DNA of 64,000 bases from an uncultured delta proteobacterium (GTDB lineage: Bacteria > Myxococcota_A > Polyangia > Polyangiales > Polyangiaceae), in NCBI GenBank assembly GCA_963850305.1, contig CAWKKR010000007.1:352001-416000 (forward strand). Reading direction: 5' to 3'. The number at the start of each line of letters is the position of its first letter. The first letter of the stretch is position 1. Shown here one piece after another: positions 49,498 through 60,410 of the stretch. Under the pieces are notes generated by a model. The model was given only the letters and a program-made list of their open reading frames with translations. It had not been told where the DNA came from and did not search any database. Made by a program: the position numbers and the translations under genes.

Positions 49498-50463
49498 GTG
49501 GTTCGCTTCCGGCGCCGCGCCAGAGTTTCATCGGGGCTCGGTATCTTCCTTCTGATCGTCTTGCTTGTCGGGATCGTCGGCGCGTGCCTGCTGCGTCCCT
49601 CGGCGCGCCTGGCTGCGGAACCCGAGCATCCTTCTACGACGAGGTCCGGGCCCCCGAAGCCCACGCGCGCGAGACGCCATGCTCGGCGGCACCGCGCGTA
49701 CGAGGGTGACGAGGGGGCGGAACAGCCTTCCTCGGAACCTCAGGACGTCGGAGACAGCGTGAACGTGCTCCTCGGCATTCCGAAGGATCGAAATCCGTCT
49801 GACGATTACCTGATGAATGAGCGTGAGTTCGTTCTCTCGTACAATCCGAGGCTGAACGAGCCGAACTGGGTGGCGTGGCGTCTTCGAGCCTCGGACTTGG
49901 GGCATGCCAGACGTGGGGATGACTTTCGCCCGGATCCCCTGCTCCCCGCGGGCATGTACCACGTCGTCCCGGGGGACTACGCGCGGAGCGGCTATGATCG
50001 CGGCCACATGTGTCCGTCCGCCGATCGCACTCGGTCCACCGAGGAGAATGCAGTGACGTTCCTCATGACCAACGTGGAGCCGCAGCTGCACGAGCTGAAT
50101 GCGGGACCGTGGGAGAAGCTCGAAGACTACGAACGCGCTTGGGCCCTTCGCGCCACCCTCTATATCGTCGCGGGAGGCGTGTTCGAAGCGCAGCCACCGA
50201 CCATCGGCCACGGCGTGGCCGTGCCTGCTGCTAATTTCAAGATCATCGTCGCCCTGCCGGCGGGTCAGGGTGCCTCGGACGTCACGACGACGACGCCCGT
50301 TCTCGCGGTGCAGATGCCGAACGACGTCGGGGTAGGCGAGCACGACTTTCTGGAATATGAGACGTCGGTCGATCGGATCGAAGAAGCCACGGGCTACGAC
50401 TTCCTCGACCGGGTGCCCGAGAGCATCTCCCGCGTGATCGAAGCCCGAGGAGAGAGGCATTGA
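49498..50463 (+). CDS. Membrane-anchored DNA/RNA non-specific endonuclease (NucA-like)
   Basis: [30 protein letters not shown]…[13 protein letters not shown]. Confidence 0.92.
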   Translation: MVRFRRRARVSSGLGIFLLIVLLVGIVGACLLRPSARLAAEPEHPSTTRSGPPKPTRARRHARRHRAYEGDEGAEQPSSEPQDVGDSVNVLLGIPKDRNPSDDYLMNEREFVLSYNPRLNEPNWVAWRLRASDLGHARRGDDFRPDPLLPAGMYHVVPGDYARSGYDRGHMCPSADRTRSTEENAVTFLMTNVEPQLHELNAGPWEKLEDYERAWALRATLYIVAGGVFEAQPPTIGHGVAVPAANFKIIVALPAGQGASDVTTTTPVLAVQMPNDVGVGEHDFLEYETSVDRIEEATGYDFLDRVPESISRVIEARGERH

Positions 50464-51848
50464 ACGAACGAACGACTCGCATTGAGCACGACTCGATGGG
50501 TCCAATCGAGGTGCCTGCGGATCGACTCTGGGGCGCGCAGACGGAGCGGAGCCGCCGGAACTTTCGGATCTCCGGAGAGCGAATGCCCGGCGCCATCATC
50601 GTCGCGATCGCCCGGTTGAAGAAGGCCGCAGCGAGCGCGAATGTCGAACTCGCATCGATACCCGCGACGATCGGCGCGGCCATCGAACACGCTGCCGACG
50701 AGGTGATCGCCGGCCAGCACGACGAGGAATTTCCGCTGCTCGTATGGCAGACGGGAAGCGGAACGCAGACGAACATGAACGTGAACGAGGTTCTCGCGAA
50801 CCGCGCGAGCGAGGTCCTGGGAGGCGAGCGGGGGGACGCGCGTCTCGTGCACCCGAACGATCACGTCAACAGGGGGCAATCGTCGAACGACGTGTTTCCG
50901 TCGGCGATGGCGATCGCGGGAACGCTTGCGCTCGTCGAGCGGACCATCCCGTCGGCTCGCTTGCTCTCCGACGTCCTCGCCGCCAAGTCAGCCGTCTTCG
51001 CGGACATCGTGAAGATCGGTCGCACTCACCTTCAGGACGCGACTCCGATCACCCTTGGACAGGAGATCAGTGGCTGGGCGTCCCAGATCGACCACGGGCT
51101 CTCGCACCTCGAGCAGGCTCTGCCGCATCTTCGCGAGCTTGCCATCGGCGGCACCGCAGTCGGTACGGGGCTCAATACACATCCGGAGTTTGGCTCGCGC
51201 GTCGCGCGGAAGCTGGCAGCGGCCACGAACGTCGGGTTCGTGACGGCGGCCAACCGGTTCGAGGCCCTGGCTGCTCACGACGCGATGGTATTCGCCCACG
51301 GCGCGCTCAAGACGCTCGCGGTGTCGCTCACGAAGATCGCGAACGACATCAGGTGGCTCGCATCGGGGCCGCGCGCCGGCATCGGTGAAATCAGCATTCC
51401 GGAAAACGAGCCCGGCAGTTCGATCATGCCCGGTAAGGTGAACCCGACGCAGTGCGAGGCTATGACGATGGCGTGTGCGCAGGTACTGGGCAACGACGTG
51501 GCGATCAACGTGGGGGGCGCCGGAGGAAATTTCGAGCTGAATGTTTACAAGCCGCTCATCGCGAATGCGTTCCTTCAGAGTGCGCGATTGCTGGCGGACG
51601 GTTGCGACGGACTTCGAGAGCATTGTGCGGGGGGCATCCAGCCCGATCTCGGGCGTATCCGGCAGCATCTCGACGGCTCGTTGATGCTGGTCACCGCGCT
51701 GGTCCCTCACATCGGCTACGACAAGGCTGCGCTCATCGCGAAGAGGGCGCATCTGCAGCGGACGTCGCTTCGCGTGGCGGCTCTCGACTCGGGCTTCGTC
51801 TCGGAGACGGAGTTCGATGCCTGGGTGAAGCCGGACCGCATGGTGTGA
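50460..51848 (+). CDS. fumC: Class II fumarate hydratase
   Basis: [51 protein letters not shown]. Confidence 0.97.
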   Translation: MNERTTRIEHDSMGPIEVPADRLWGAQTERSRRNFRISGERMPGAIIVAIARLKKAAASANVELASIPATIGAAIEHAADEVIAGQHDEEFPLLVWQTGSGTQTNMNVNEVLANRASEVLGGERGDARLVHPNDHVNRGQSSNDVFPSAMAIAGTLALVERTIPSARLLSDVLAAKSAVFADIVKIGRTHLQDATPITLGQEISGWASQIDHGLSHLEQALPHLRELAIGGTAVGTGLNTHPEFGSRVARKLAAATNVGFVTAANRFEALAAHDAMVFAHGALKTLAVSLTKIANDIRWLASGPRAGIGEISIPENEPGSSIMPGKVNPTQCEAMTMACAQVLGNDVAINVGGAGGNFELNVYKPLIANAFLQSARLLADGCDGLREHCAGGIQPDLGRIRQHLDGSLMLVTALVPHIGYDKAALIAKRAHLQRTSLRVAALDSGFVSETEFDAWVKPDRMV

Positions 51849-52012
51849 CTCGCGGGCCCGTCGGAGCGTTGGCACCCGGCTCTAGTGAAAGCGTGTGATC
51901 GAAATGTTGACGGCGTCGGCCGAAGTCGATGCGTCGAAGTCGAGGCGCGTTTCTCGCACTTCCTCTCACGGGCGGGCAGGAGTTTCAAGTAGGGTAACAT
52001 CCAGGGTTTCGC

Positions 52013-52885
52013 ATGGGGACCGACGTAGATAATGAGATCGAGTGTTCGCCCGAGCAGGTGACGGACCAAGAGTTCCGGCTCGAATATCCAGCCAACGAGC
52101 CGTCTGGCGCCCCGCTCGACGGGCCGCCGCGCAAGGGACGAGTCGCCGATTGTGGGCGGCTGGATGCGCTGGCTCGTCTCGCAAGCCACATGGCCGAGGA
52201 ATTTGGGGATCTGTCCGACGTTCTCGTGTCCGAAGTCACCCTCGCCGTCGACCGGCTCGGCGCGGCGGGGAAGGCGCGTGAGCCCCTGGAGCGGCTTCGG
52301 GAGTCGGCCACGCGCGTGGCTGACCTTGCGCAGCGGCTTCGGGAGATCGGCGTCAGGCCCCTCGCAACGGTCGAACTCGTCGATCTGAACGACGTCGCCG
52401 AAAGGTTCGTAGGGCTCGTGAGTCGCGCAATGCCGCACGACGTGAAGCTCGAGTTTTCACCCTGGTCGACGCCGGCGACTCTCACTGCGGACCCTCGTCT
52501 CCTCGAACGCGTCCTGTTGAACCTCTGCGTAAACGCCAGGGATGCCGTGCCGCGTGGCGGGCGAATCGCCATCCGCACAGCGAGGAGCGCCCTCGCCGAG
52601 GATCTCTTCCAGGAACCTGAAGGCGCGGTGCGGAACCCGTACGTGGTGCTATCCGTCTCCGATGACGGGATCGGGATGCCTCCCGCCGTACGAGATCGCG
52701 CGTTCGAGCCATTTTTCACGACGAAGGCTCCTTCACGCCGGGTGGGTCTCGGTTTGTCGACCGTCTACGGCATCGTCCGCTCTCACGGAGGGATGATTCG
52801 CCTCGATAGCGAGGTGGGTAAGGGGACTACCGTCGACGTGTATTTGCCCGCAGCCGCGCGCGCCATCTGGCCTACCGAGCCTTGA
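52013..52885 (+). CDS. Histidine-kinase-like protein with intact HATPase domain but a non-canonical H-box
   Basis: LLNLCVNARDA, SDDGIGM, FEPFFTTK, GLGL, GKGTT; H-box reads LASHMAEEFGD. Confidence 0.8.
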   Translation: MGTDVDNEIECSPEQVTDQEFRLEYPANEPSGAPLDGPPRKGRVADCGRLDALARLASHMAEEFGDLSDVLVSEVTLAVDRLGAAGKAREPLERLRESATRVADLAQRLREIGVRPLATVELVDLNDVAERFVGLVSRAMPHDVKLEFSPWSTPATLTADPRLLERVLLNLCVNARDAVPRGGRIAIRTARSALAEDLFQEPEGAVRNPYVVLSVSDDGIGMPPAVRDRAFEPFFTTKAPSRRVGLGLSTVYGIVRSHGGMIRLDSEVGKGTTVDVYLPAAARAIWPTEP

Positions 52886-52920
52886 CCCGGGCCCGACAGG
52901 TCGACGCTCGATCGAGGCCG

Positions 52921-52963
52921 CCGGTTGCGTTTCACCTCGCTTCAGAGCGGGAGGAAACGCCGG
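52921..52963. terminator. Hairpin between convergent genes (possible bidirectional terminator)
   Basis: GCGTTTC…CGCT-TCAG-AGCG…GAAACGC stem; no strong U-tract. Confidence 0.4.
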
Positions 52964-52984
52964 GAAGACCCAGGGGATCCCGGG

Positions 52985-54109
52985 TTAGCTTTCGAAAAGC
53001 GCGGCGACTTCCACGTGTTCCGTGTGCGGAAACAGATCATAGGCGTGCACGCTCCTGAGTGCCCACTTGCCCGATGACAAGATCGCCTCCGTATCGGCCA
53101 TGAACGATACCAGGCCGCACGCCACGTAGATGAGTCGTCCTGGAGCGACCCGGACGATCGCCTCGCGGAGCGCGGGGTCGAGCCCCTTTCGCGGCGGGTC
53201 CACGATCGCGACATCCGCGTCCGTTAGCAACGCCCCGGCGGCGCCGGCGGGACCGGCGACGATTCGCGTTCGCGCCCGATCGGTCGCACCGAGCGCGTCG
53301 ATGCCCATCGACAGTCCCCGCAGTGATTCGGGGGCGATCTCGTTGAATACGACGGTTCTCGATCGCGGAACGAGCCCTAACCCGATCGGCCCGACGCCGG
53401 CGTAGAACTCCACCACGCTGGTGCCGTCCGGAACCCAGGCGTGCACGTCTCTCACGATCGCATCCGCGAGATCGAGGTGATTCTGTCCGAACGCGCCGGG
53501 CGGATAGAAGACGCGCGCGCCGCCGATATGCTCGACGATGGCTTCGGGTCCCGCGATGCGCTCGAACGACCCGCCGAGGATGGTGTTCGTTCGAGCGGTG
53601 TTGCCGTTCCAGAAGAGCGAGTGGAGGCGCGAGCCGAGTCTTGCACCGAGCTCGGCGAAGAGCGGCGTACAGCTCGACGAATCGTCCGAATTCGCGACCA
53701 CGACGACCTGCGCGCTCGTGGATGCTCGTTCGACCGCGATCTGCACGTAACGCACGAGCCCCTCGTGTGCCGCATCCGAATACGGGGTCGCGTGCGAGGC
53801 GACGATGGCCCGGCGCAGCTCACCGGCTACAGCGTTCACGAGCGGATGATGGACAAGGCACCGCGGGATGTCGATGAGCCGGTGCGAACCGAGCTCGAAG
53901 ATGCCGATCTTCGGCGAAGCGACGCGCCCCCGTACCGCAAGTCGCGCTCGGTGCCGGAATGCGAGAGGCCGTCCTTCCGCGAATCGCGGCGGTGAAGCGC
54001 CGTACCGCCGCGCGAGCGACTCGAGCCCATCTCGTGCGCGCGCGTCAATTCCCGGGAGCTCGAGCCGCGGACAGCCGGGGCAGGGGGGACGATGCGGGCA
54101 CGCGATCAA
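52985..54109 (-). CDS. RNA (uracil-C5)-methyltransferase, TrmA/RlmD family, lacking TRAM
   Basis: CPH…CPGC Fe-S motif, FRHRA, F.Q, EFYAGVG, VDPPRKG, YVAC, DLFPHT.HVE. Confidence 0.9.
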   Translation of the reverse strand: MIACPHRPPCPGCPRLELPGIDARARDGLESLARRYGASPPRFAEGRPLAFRHRARLAVRGRVASPKIGIFELGSHRLIDIPRCLVHHPLVNAVAGELRRAIVASHATPYSDAAHEGLVRYVQIAVERASTSAQVVVVANSDDSSSCTPLFAELGARLGSRLHSLFWNGNTARTNTILGGSFERIAGPEAIVEHIGGARVFYPPGAFGQNHLDLADAIVRDVHAWVPDGTSVVEFYAGVGPIGLGLVPRSRTVVFNEIAPESLRGLSMGIDALGATDRARTRIVAGPAGAAGALLTDADVAIVDPPRKGLDPALREAIVRVAPGRLIYVACGLVSFMADTEAILSSGKWALRSVHAYDLFPHTEHVEVAALFES

Positions 54110-54774
54110 CGCTCGACTCGTGCCACGACCAGACCCGGGGTGTCACCATCCCTGCGCGCGAAATAATTCCGCATCACGCGTGGTGCCGACAAGATGATGT
54201 CCTGTACTCGCTTCCCCGCGAACAGCGCGGGGAGGCCGGAACCGATGTCGACCGCGGCAGCGACGGTCACGACGCTCCGCCGATCGTCGAACCGCCGGAC
54301 CTTGAAGTAGCCGTACACGTCGGCAATGTCGTGGCGGCGCGATCGGTCCAGACGAAACGTCAGCTCGCCAGGTGTGGTGGAGGGGGAAATGTCGACCGTG
54401 TACGTTGCGGTGATGAACGAATTTCCCTGGAGGAGCTCGACACGCCGCTCGCTACCATCGGTGTCGATGAGGGTCGCTCGCTTCGTCCTCGGCAACAGGG
54501 TATCCAGTGCGCCGACGTCATCGAGCGCGGCGAGGACGCGCTCGGGTGTCGCAGGGACGAGTCCCGACGCGACGCCGCCGACGTAGTGAGCCGAGCCATG
54601 CTTGAAGTCGAAGGGCGTCGTGAGCAGCTCGCCGGCCGCGAGCTTGTCGTGCGCCGGCGTGATGGTCACGTCCGCTTCGCTCTTCGGCGGGAGCGGGGCG
54701 CCGGTGCCGAGCGGTCCCGCGCACGCAAGAAGCAGCGCGGGAGCCGCGAGCCAAGCTGCCTTTCGGAAATACAT
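54106..54774 (-). CDS. Lipoprotein with SRPBCC/START-like domain
   Basis: Lipobox LLAC; VPATPERV.A.L.D…L.T.LPR pattern. Confidence 0.6.
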   Translation of the reverse strand: MYFRKAAWLAAPALLLACAGPLGTGAPLPPKSEADVTITPAHDKLAAGELLTTPFDFKHGSAHYVGGVASGLVPATPERVLAALDDVGALDTLLPRTKRATLIDTDGSERRVELLQGNSFITATYTVDISPSTTPGELTFRLDRSRRHDIADVYGYFKVRRFDDRRSVVTVAAAVDIGSGLPALFAGKRVQDIILSAPRVMRNYFARRDGDTPGLVVARVER

Positions 54775-54997
54775 CCGACACAAAAGTAGCCCTCGACCCT
54801 CCGCAGTCGCTCCCTGCTGCTCCGGGCTGACAATTGATTACATGAGGCCCAAAGGGCATGCGATTCAATGGGTTAGCTTGTCGACAAATCCGCAGAAGCC
54901 AAACGAAATCTCCTGAATGCTGACGAGGACGTCGCCGGCACGTCGCCAGGTCCGGGACCTCGAGAACCGTCGAACCTGCTAGCTTCCGCCGCGAGCG

Positions 54998-56416
54998 ATG
55001 GCCAGCTCGATCGAACGCAGTGGGGGGCCCACTCCCGCCGCGGCTTCGGTCGGCGATCGTTCGCTCGACCGCGACATCTGGGCGATGGCCTGGCCCGCGA
55101 TCCTGTCGTTCGTCGTCGTCAATGTCGTGGATGTCGTGGATGTCGGGCTCGTCGGGCGGCTCGGGCGGGAGACCGTGGCTGCGTGGGGTTACGCCGCACA
55201 GTGCATTCACCTGGTGGAAACGATGGTGCAGGCAGTCGGCATCGGGTGCGTCGCGCTCGTCGCACGGGCGATCGGCGCGAATGACCACGCGCGCGCGCGT
55301 CGGGCCATTGCCGCGTCGGTGTTCGTCGCCCAGGCCGTCGCGCTGCTGGCGCTCCTGCTCGTCATCGCCGTGCCGCGGCAGATCCTCCGGTCGCTCGACG
55401 CCGAACCCGCGGTGATCGAAATCGCAGTGCCGTTCCTGCGTCTCTTCGCGGGAGCCATGGTGCTCTACGCCGCTGCATTCATGTTCGAGAGCGCGCTCCG
55501 CGCGAATCGCAACACCCGCGGGCCGATGATGATCGCAGTCGTCGTCATGACGGTGAAGACCGTGCTGAGCATCATCCTGGTTTTCGGAGCCTTTGGATTG
55601 CCGAGGCTCGAGCTCGTGGGGGCCGGGATCGCGACGCTTTGTGCGCACGCGGTGGGGCTCGTCTCGTACGTCGTCGCCTCGCGGGTCGCGTCACGCGGCG
55701 GGCTTGCGGTCACGTTCGGCTGGAGAGACGTCCGCGACATACCGAAGATCGCCGGCGAGGTTCTGTGGGTGTCGCTTCCGTCCATGGGCGAACGTCTGGT
55801 CATGAGCCTTGCCTTGCTCGCGTACTTCAAGATCCTGTCGAGCTACGGCACCGCGGCGATCGCCGCCTATGCCATCGGGGTGCGACTGCTTTCGTTCTCG
55901 TGGGCGCCGGGGCTTGGCTACGCGGCGGCGGCATCGACGTTCGTGGGCCAGGCGCTCGGGGCGAACGATTCGGCGGGCGCGCGTCGCGCGGGAGTTCGTT
56001 CGGTCACGCACGCCCTTCTCGTCATGAGCTTGGTGGCGGTGGTGTTCGTTTTCCTGCGTGGCGCGCTCGCTCATGGGTTCACGACGGACGTGCGCGTCGC
56101 GGAGGATCTGATGCCCTTCATGCTCATGCTCGCCATTGCGCAGCCGTTCATGGGCGTGCATTTCACGCTCGGCGGAGTCCTCCGCGGCGCCGGTGATACC
56201 GTGACGCCGCTCGTCGCCGCCGCGCTCGGCAACTGGGGCTTCCGGGTTCCACTCGCCGTGATCTTCACGCGCTATTTCGGACACAACATCGTGCTCGTGT
56301 GGGCCGCGCTCATCGGCGATCACCTGGCGCGCATGACCGTGTGCGGGGGCGTGTTCCTGCGCGGCAAGTGGGCGCTTCGTGTCGGTGCTAACCTGCGCCC
56401 GAAGGCGGCGCTATAG
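54998..56416 (+). CDS. MATE family efflux transporter
   Basis: AWPAI…D…VGRLG, GAN, LRA..NT..PM, GAGIAT, VGQALGA, LRGAGDT. Confidence 0.93.
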   Translation: MASSIERSGGPTPAAASVGDRSLDRDIWAMAWPAILSFVVVNVVDVVDVGLVGRLGRETVAAWGYAAQCIHLVETMVQAVGIGCVALVARAIGANDHARARRAIAASVFVAQAVALLALLLVIAVPRQILRSLDAEPAVIEIAVPFLRLFAGAMVLYAAAFMFESALRANRNTRGPMMIAVVVMTVKTVLSIILVFGAFGLPRLELVGAGIATLCAHAVGLVSYVVASRVASRGGLAVTFGWRDVRDIPKIAGEVLWVSLPSMGERLVMSLALLAYFKILSSYGTAAIAAYAIGVRLLSFSWAPGLGYAAAASTFVGQALGANDSAGARRAGVRSVTHALLVMSLVAVVFVFLRGALAHGFTTDVRVAEDLMPFMLMLAIAQPFMGVHFTLGGVLRGAGDTVTPLVAAALGNWGFRVPLAVIFTRYFGHNIVLVWAALIGDHLARMTVCGGVFLRGKWALRVGANLRPKAAL

Positions 56417-56466
56417 CCGGGAATCTCGCGGGGACCCTCCGCGGGCGAGTAGAGGTAATTGGAATC

Positions 56467-57264
56467 ATGGACCCTCGTGGGCGCGTCCTCGTCGTGGCCG
56501 GCTCGGACTCGAGCGGAGGCGCGGGCATCCAGGCTGACATCAAGACCATCACCGCGCTTGGCGGCTATGCGGCGACAGCCATCACGGCGCTCACGGCGCA
56601 GAACACGCTCGGTATTGCCGGCATCGTTCCGGTGGATCCCGAGTTCGTCGAGATGCAGATGGACGCTGTGTTCAACGACGTCGGGGCCGACGCGATCAAG
56701 ACGGGCATGCTCTACAATCGCTTCGTGGTGGAGGCCGTCGCGCGGAAGATCCGTCAGAAGCGTTCGCTCTCGGCTGTGATCGATCCGGTGCTCGTCTCGG
56801 GCCGCGGGACGGCGCTTCTCCAGCCCGACGCGCGCGCCGCCTTCGTGAAACATCTGCTCCCCCTCGCGACGCTCCTCACGCCCAACGCACCCGAGGCCGG
56901 GATGATCACCGGGGTCGAAGTCCGAAACGTCGAGGAGATGCAGAACGCGGCCGACCGCTTGCTGCTCATGGGCCCCGAAGCCGTGCTCATCAAAGGGGGA
57001 CACATCCCGGGCGATACCGTGACGGACTTGCTCCGTACCGCGGACGGCCTGGAGCGCCGGTTCACGAGCCCGCGGATCCACGGTCGCCCGATGCACGGCA
57101 CGGGGTGCACGCTTGCGTCCGCGATCGCCGTCGGTCTCGCCGAAGGGATGACGCTCGAAGGGGCGGTCCAGACGGCGCGCGATTTCGTGTTCGAGGCGAT
57201 CCGGACCGCGCCACCGTATGGTTCCGGCTCGGGCGTCCTGAATCACGTCCACGGCATCGAATGA
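56467..57264 (+). CDS. thiD: Hydroxymethylpyrimidine/phosphomethylpyrimidine kinase
   Basis: AGSDSSGGAGIQADIKT, TAQNT, KTGML, DPV, TPN.PEA, KGGH, HGTGCTLASA. Confidence 0.96.
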   Translation: MDPRGRVLVVAGSDSSGGAGIQADIKTITALGGYAATAITALTAQNTLGIAGIVPVDPEFVEMQMDAVFNDVGADAIKTGMLYNRFVVEAVARKIRQKRSLSAVIDPVLVSGRGTALLQPDARAAFVKHLLPLATLLTPNAPEAGMITGVEVRNVEEMQNAADRLLLMGPEAVLIKGGHIPGDTVTDLLRTADGLERRFTSPRIHGRPMHGTGCTLASAIAVGLAEGMTLEGAVQTARDFVFEAIRTAPPYGSGSGVLNHVHGIE

Positions 57265-58169
57265 TGAACTCCCTTCTTTCTTTTCCGGACGAGCCTCCGG
57301 TGGCGGACGGCAATGTCGGCTCCGACGCGGGAAGCCTGCGTTACGACGATGTCGTTCAGGACGGGCGCCTGCGGCTGGAGTCGGCATGGCTCCGCACGGG
57401 TCGCGTGCTCTTTCGAAATCCCGAGGTCGCCGCGGTGCTCTCGAACCTTGCGCCGGGGATCACCAACGTCCTCTCGCGGATCACGATGCGGGCGAGCGAG
57501 GCGTCACTTCGACCGCGGGCGAAAGTGAAGCTCGAGCTGAAGTTTGCGTTCGAGCATACGGTCGACGGTGGCCAACACGTCGACCGGCTCCTCCTTTCGA
57601 CGTGGATGCGCGCCTCGGCCGAAGGCCGCGACGGCGGCGAGCATCCCGCGGCGCACGTTTACGGGCAGCGCGTGTTCACCCGTTTGCATGCGGCCCCAGG
57701 CGAACATCGGGTGACGCGACTCCCGGGGCTCGGCGCGTCCGAGGTCCCGTCACGACGGGCCGTCTGGGAACCAGCGACGTCCCTCCTCGCGCTGCCGCAG
57801 GGAGCTGTCCCGCTCGACGCCGCGCCGCGGCTCAATCCGGCGCGCATCGTGTTCGGTCTGTCGCATACCGACCTCAATCAACACGTGAATTTCTTGATGT
57901 ACCATCGCGAAGTGGAGCGCGCGGCGCTGAATCGGTTCGTCGACCTCGGCCTCGGCTCGTGCCTGCTCTCGCGCGAAGTGTCGTTCGGGTACCGAAAGCC
58001 GTCGTTTGCCGGCGATGTCGTGCGGGTCGCGCTGCAGGCATTTCGTCTCGGTGACGTCCTAGGTGTCGTCGCGGCGCTCGTGGAAGACGACAGCGGTCCG
58101 GCAGAGCGCGCGGCTTTCAGCGACTTCGGTCCACCGCGCAATGCTGCGCAGATGCTTCTGCGACCATGA
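57261..58169 (+). CDS. Double hot-dog acyl-thioesterase-like protein
   Basis: LRYDDVVQDGR in the N-half and HTDLNQHVN…Y in the C-half, as in acyl-ACP thioesterase folds; overlaps the thiD stop. Confidence 0.65.
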   Translation: MMNSLLSFPDEPPVADGNVGSDAGSLRYDDVVQDGRLRLESAWLRTGRVLFRNPEVAAVLSNLAPGITNVLSRITMRASEASLRPRAKVKLELKFAFEHTVDGGQHVDRLLLSTWMRASAEGRDGGEHPAAHVYGQRVFTRLHAAPGEHRVTRLPGLGASEVPSRRAVWEPATSLLALPQGAVPLDAAPRLNPARIVFGLSHTDLNQHVNFLMYHREVERAALNRFVDLGLGSCLLSREVSFGYRKPSFAGDVVRVALQAFRLGDVLGVVAALVEDDSGPAERAAFSDFGPPRNAAQMLLRP

Positions 58170-59449
58170 CGATCTCCCGCGGATCGTCGTGGGAGGGGCG
58201 CAGGCCCATGATGGCCATGACGCTTGTCGCGTCGTTTGCCTCGGGGTGCGTGACGAACCACGACGCGCTTGCGGAGGCGTTCGGGGCCGGCGGCAATCCG
58301 GGGTTCGGTGGAGCATCCTCGGGGGGGCAAGCGACAGACGGCGCCGGCGGAAGCATCCTTGAGGCGGACACGCCCGTGCCGCATGACGCCCAGCCGGCAG
58401 CCGATGCCGGTCCACGAACCGTCACCTTCGTTCATGGCGTGATCGACTCGCCGTGGATCGCCTTCTGCTTTGCAAAGGTCTCCGATGGCGTGCCCGCGGC
58501 ACCCGTGGGGGCGCCGTGGCCGAGCGGCGGACTCGAATACGGGCAGACGAGGGTCGCCCAGGCCATTCCCGGCGTCGCGCTCGGCACGGACGATCTCCTT
58601 CCCTACGTGATCGCGGCGGCGTCCTCGGACGTCACGCGCGGCATGGATTGCCCGATGCTGGTGTCGACCGCGACCGCGCTTGCCACGCCACCGGTCGTCG
58701 ATGCCGGAGTCACGGACGCCTCCGGTCGCGATGCGGCCGTTCGCCTGGACGCGTCGAGTCTTCGCGACGCCTCCCGGGAAGCATCGGCATCTCGCGACGC
58801 GGGCGCCGTGCTCGACGCGGCTTCTTCGACGCCATCTTCACGGCCGCCGCCGATCGTTCCGGCGATACCCTCCATTCGCGCCGCCGCGCTGCCCGTTCTG
58901 CCGGGCGTCGCGCTCTCCGGGGCGGAGAGCTTCCTCATCGTCGCCGGTGGGTGTCTGGGGGGGCCTGGAGTGACGGATCCGTCGGAGCTCTCGGTCTGCG
59001 GCGAGAACTATTCGCCGGCGACTCCCACGCTCGAGGAGATGGTCGTCGAACTGCCGCGTGCCGGAAAGGCCGGGTACGTGGGCCTTTCTTACCTGGGCGG
59101 CACTCCCGCGCTCCGGGCTTCCGACCTCACGCTTCAGGCCCCAGGCGGTACGCTCCCCGTCGTCAAGAACGTGGTCACCGGCGCCCTTCGCCCCGTGCCA
59201 CCTCTCGCGACATCGACCGCCGACCAGATCGGCGCGTCGGATGTCGGCACGGCAATCTTTCTCTACGCCGACGGCAGCGCGACGCCCATCTACGACGAAC
59301 CCTGGTCGACGACCTTCGTGGCCGGTGGTGTCAGCTCGCTCGAGAATGGCCGGAACTACACACTGATTGTCGTGGGTCCATATCCGGGATTTTCGCGCCG
59401 TAGCTTCTGGAACGATCCGCTCGTGACCATCGTCGCAAACGATCCGTGA
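58166..59449 (+). CDS. Hypothetical lipoprotein with Asp-Ala-(Gly/Ser/Ala) low-complexity linker
   Basis: Lipobox ASGC, Gly-rich linker, TFVHGVIDSP, repeated DAG/DAS/DAA. Confidence 0.75.
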   Translation: MTISRGSSWEGRRPMMAMTLVASFASGCVTNHDALAEAFGAGGNPGFGGASSGGQATDGAGGSILEADTPVPHDAQPAADAGPRTVTFVHGVIDSPWIAFCFAKVSDGVPAAPVGAPWPSGGLEYGQTRVAQAIPGVALGTDDLLPYVIAAASSDVTRGMDCPMLVSTATALATPPVVDAGVTDASGRDAAVRLDASSLRDASREASASRDAGAVLDAASSTPSSRPPPIVPAIPSIRAAALPVLPGVALSGAESFLIVAGGCLGGPGVTDPSELSVCGENYSPATPTLEEMVVELPRAGKAGYVGLSYLGGTPALRASDLTLQAPGGTLPVVKNVVTGALRPVPPLATSTADQIGASDVGTAIFLYADGSATPIYDEPWSTTFVAGGVSSLENGRNYTLIVVGPYPGFSRRSFWNDPLVTIVANDP

Positions 59450-59466
59450 CTCGGAAATTCCTTCGC

Positions 59467-60339
59467 TCATGTTCCTGTGACGTGCCGGAAGGCACGCCAC
59501 ATGGCGGTCACGCTCTGGAAGCGTTCGACCGGGTCTATGGCCAGGGTTTGCATCACCCAGTCGTCCACCTCGGGACCGAGGTCCGGCCGGAGCGCGTGAA
59601 GGCTCGGGCGCGGGGAGCGCGTGACGTCGCGGAGCAGGGTTCCGAGATCGCCCGCACCGTCGAAGGGCGGACGGCCCGCGAGGCAGCGGAAGACGACTGC
59701 GCCGAGCGAGTAGACGTCGATGCGATGATCGATGACGTCGTGCCGGCCTTGCCAGCTCTCGGGCGCGATGTAGCTCGGGGAGCCGGCGAGCATGCCGTCC
59801 TGCGTGACGCCGCGCATTCGCGTGAACTTGGCGAACCCGAAGTCCAGAAGTCGAACGCCGCCGCCGTGAGCTTCGGAGACGACGAAGATGTTGGCCGGCT
59901 TGAGATCGCGGTGGACAATGCCCATGTCGTGCGCGTATTTCAGGGTCTCGACGACGGGATCGAGCAAGCTCACGACGGAACGCACCTCGGCCTGCCCGCC
60001 GCCCTCTTCGAGCCGGGTGAGGACATCGTCGAGAGGTTCTCCGTCGAGGAGTTCCGTGACCAGGCACATCGAGCCGTCCTCCGTCCATACCTGGTCGAGC
60101 ACGCGCACGGCCGCCGTGCCGGCCAGCGACGCCATCGCGCGCGCTTCGCGGAACATACGCTCCGTCGAAGCAGGATCCGAGCCCGCGCGGAGCACCTTGA
60201 GCGCGACCTCGTCGCCGGCGCGTAGATCCCGGGCGCGGTATACCGAGCTCTGCCCTCCCTCGCCGAGCACGCCGAGGATCTGGTAACGCTCGCCGATCAC
60301 CTGCCCGAGGCGGTTTGGAGGAGGCAAGGAAGGCAGCAT
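59467..60339 (-). CDS. Cytoplasmic Ser/Thr protein kinase (kinase domain only)
   Basis: [37 protein letters not shown]. Confidence 0.93.
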   Translation of the reverse strand: MLPSLPPPNRLGQVIGERYQILGVLGEGGQSSVYRARDLRAGDEVALKVLRAGSDPASTERMFREARAMASLAGTAAVRVLDQVWTEDGSMCLVTELLDGEPLDDVLTRLEEGGGQAEVRSVVSLLDPVVETLKYAHDMGIVHRDLKPANIFVVSEAHGGGVRLLDFGFAKFTRMRGVTQDGMLAGSPSYIAPESWQGRHDVIDHRIDVYSLGAVVFRCLAGRPPFDGAGDLGTLLRDVTRSPRPSLHALRPDLGPEVDDWVMQTLAIDPVERFQSVTAMWRAFRHVTGT

Positions 60340-60410
60340 TCTACGTCGAACGATACTCCCCGGGGAACGCGCGTGTCACCCGGCTCGGTTCACGATACCT
60401 TCCTGCGCTG

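Noticed and set aside
49013..52900. Integrated prophage or genomic island at tRNA-Leu
   Set aside because: No integrase, no phage genes and no repeat of the tRNA 3' end seen in the window.
56417..56466. TPP riboswitch before thiD
   Set aside because: The gap is only 50 bp and lacks the CTGAGA core.
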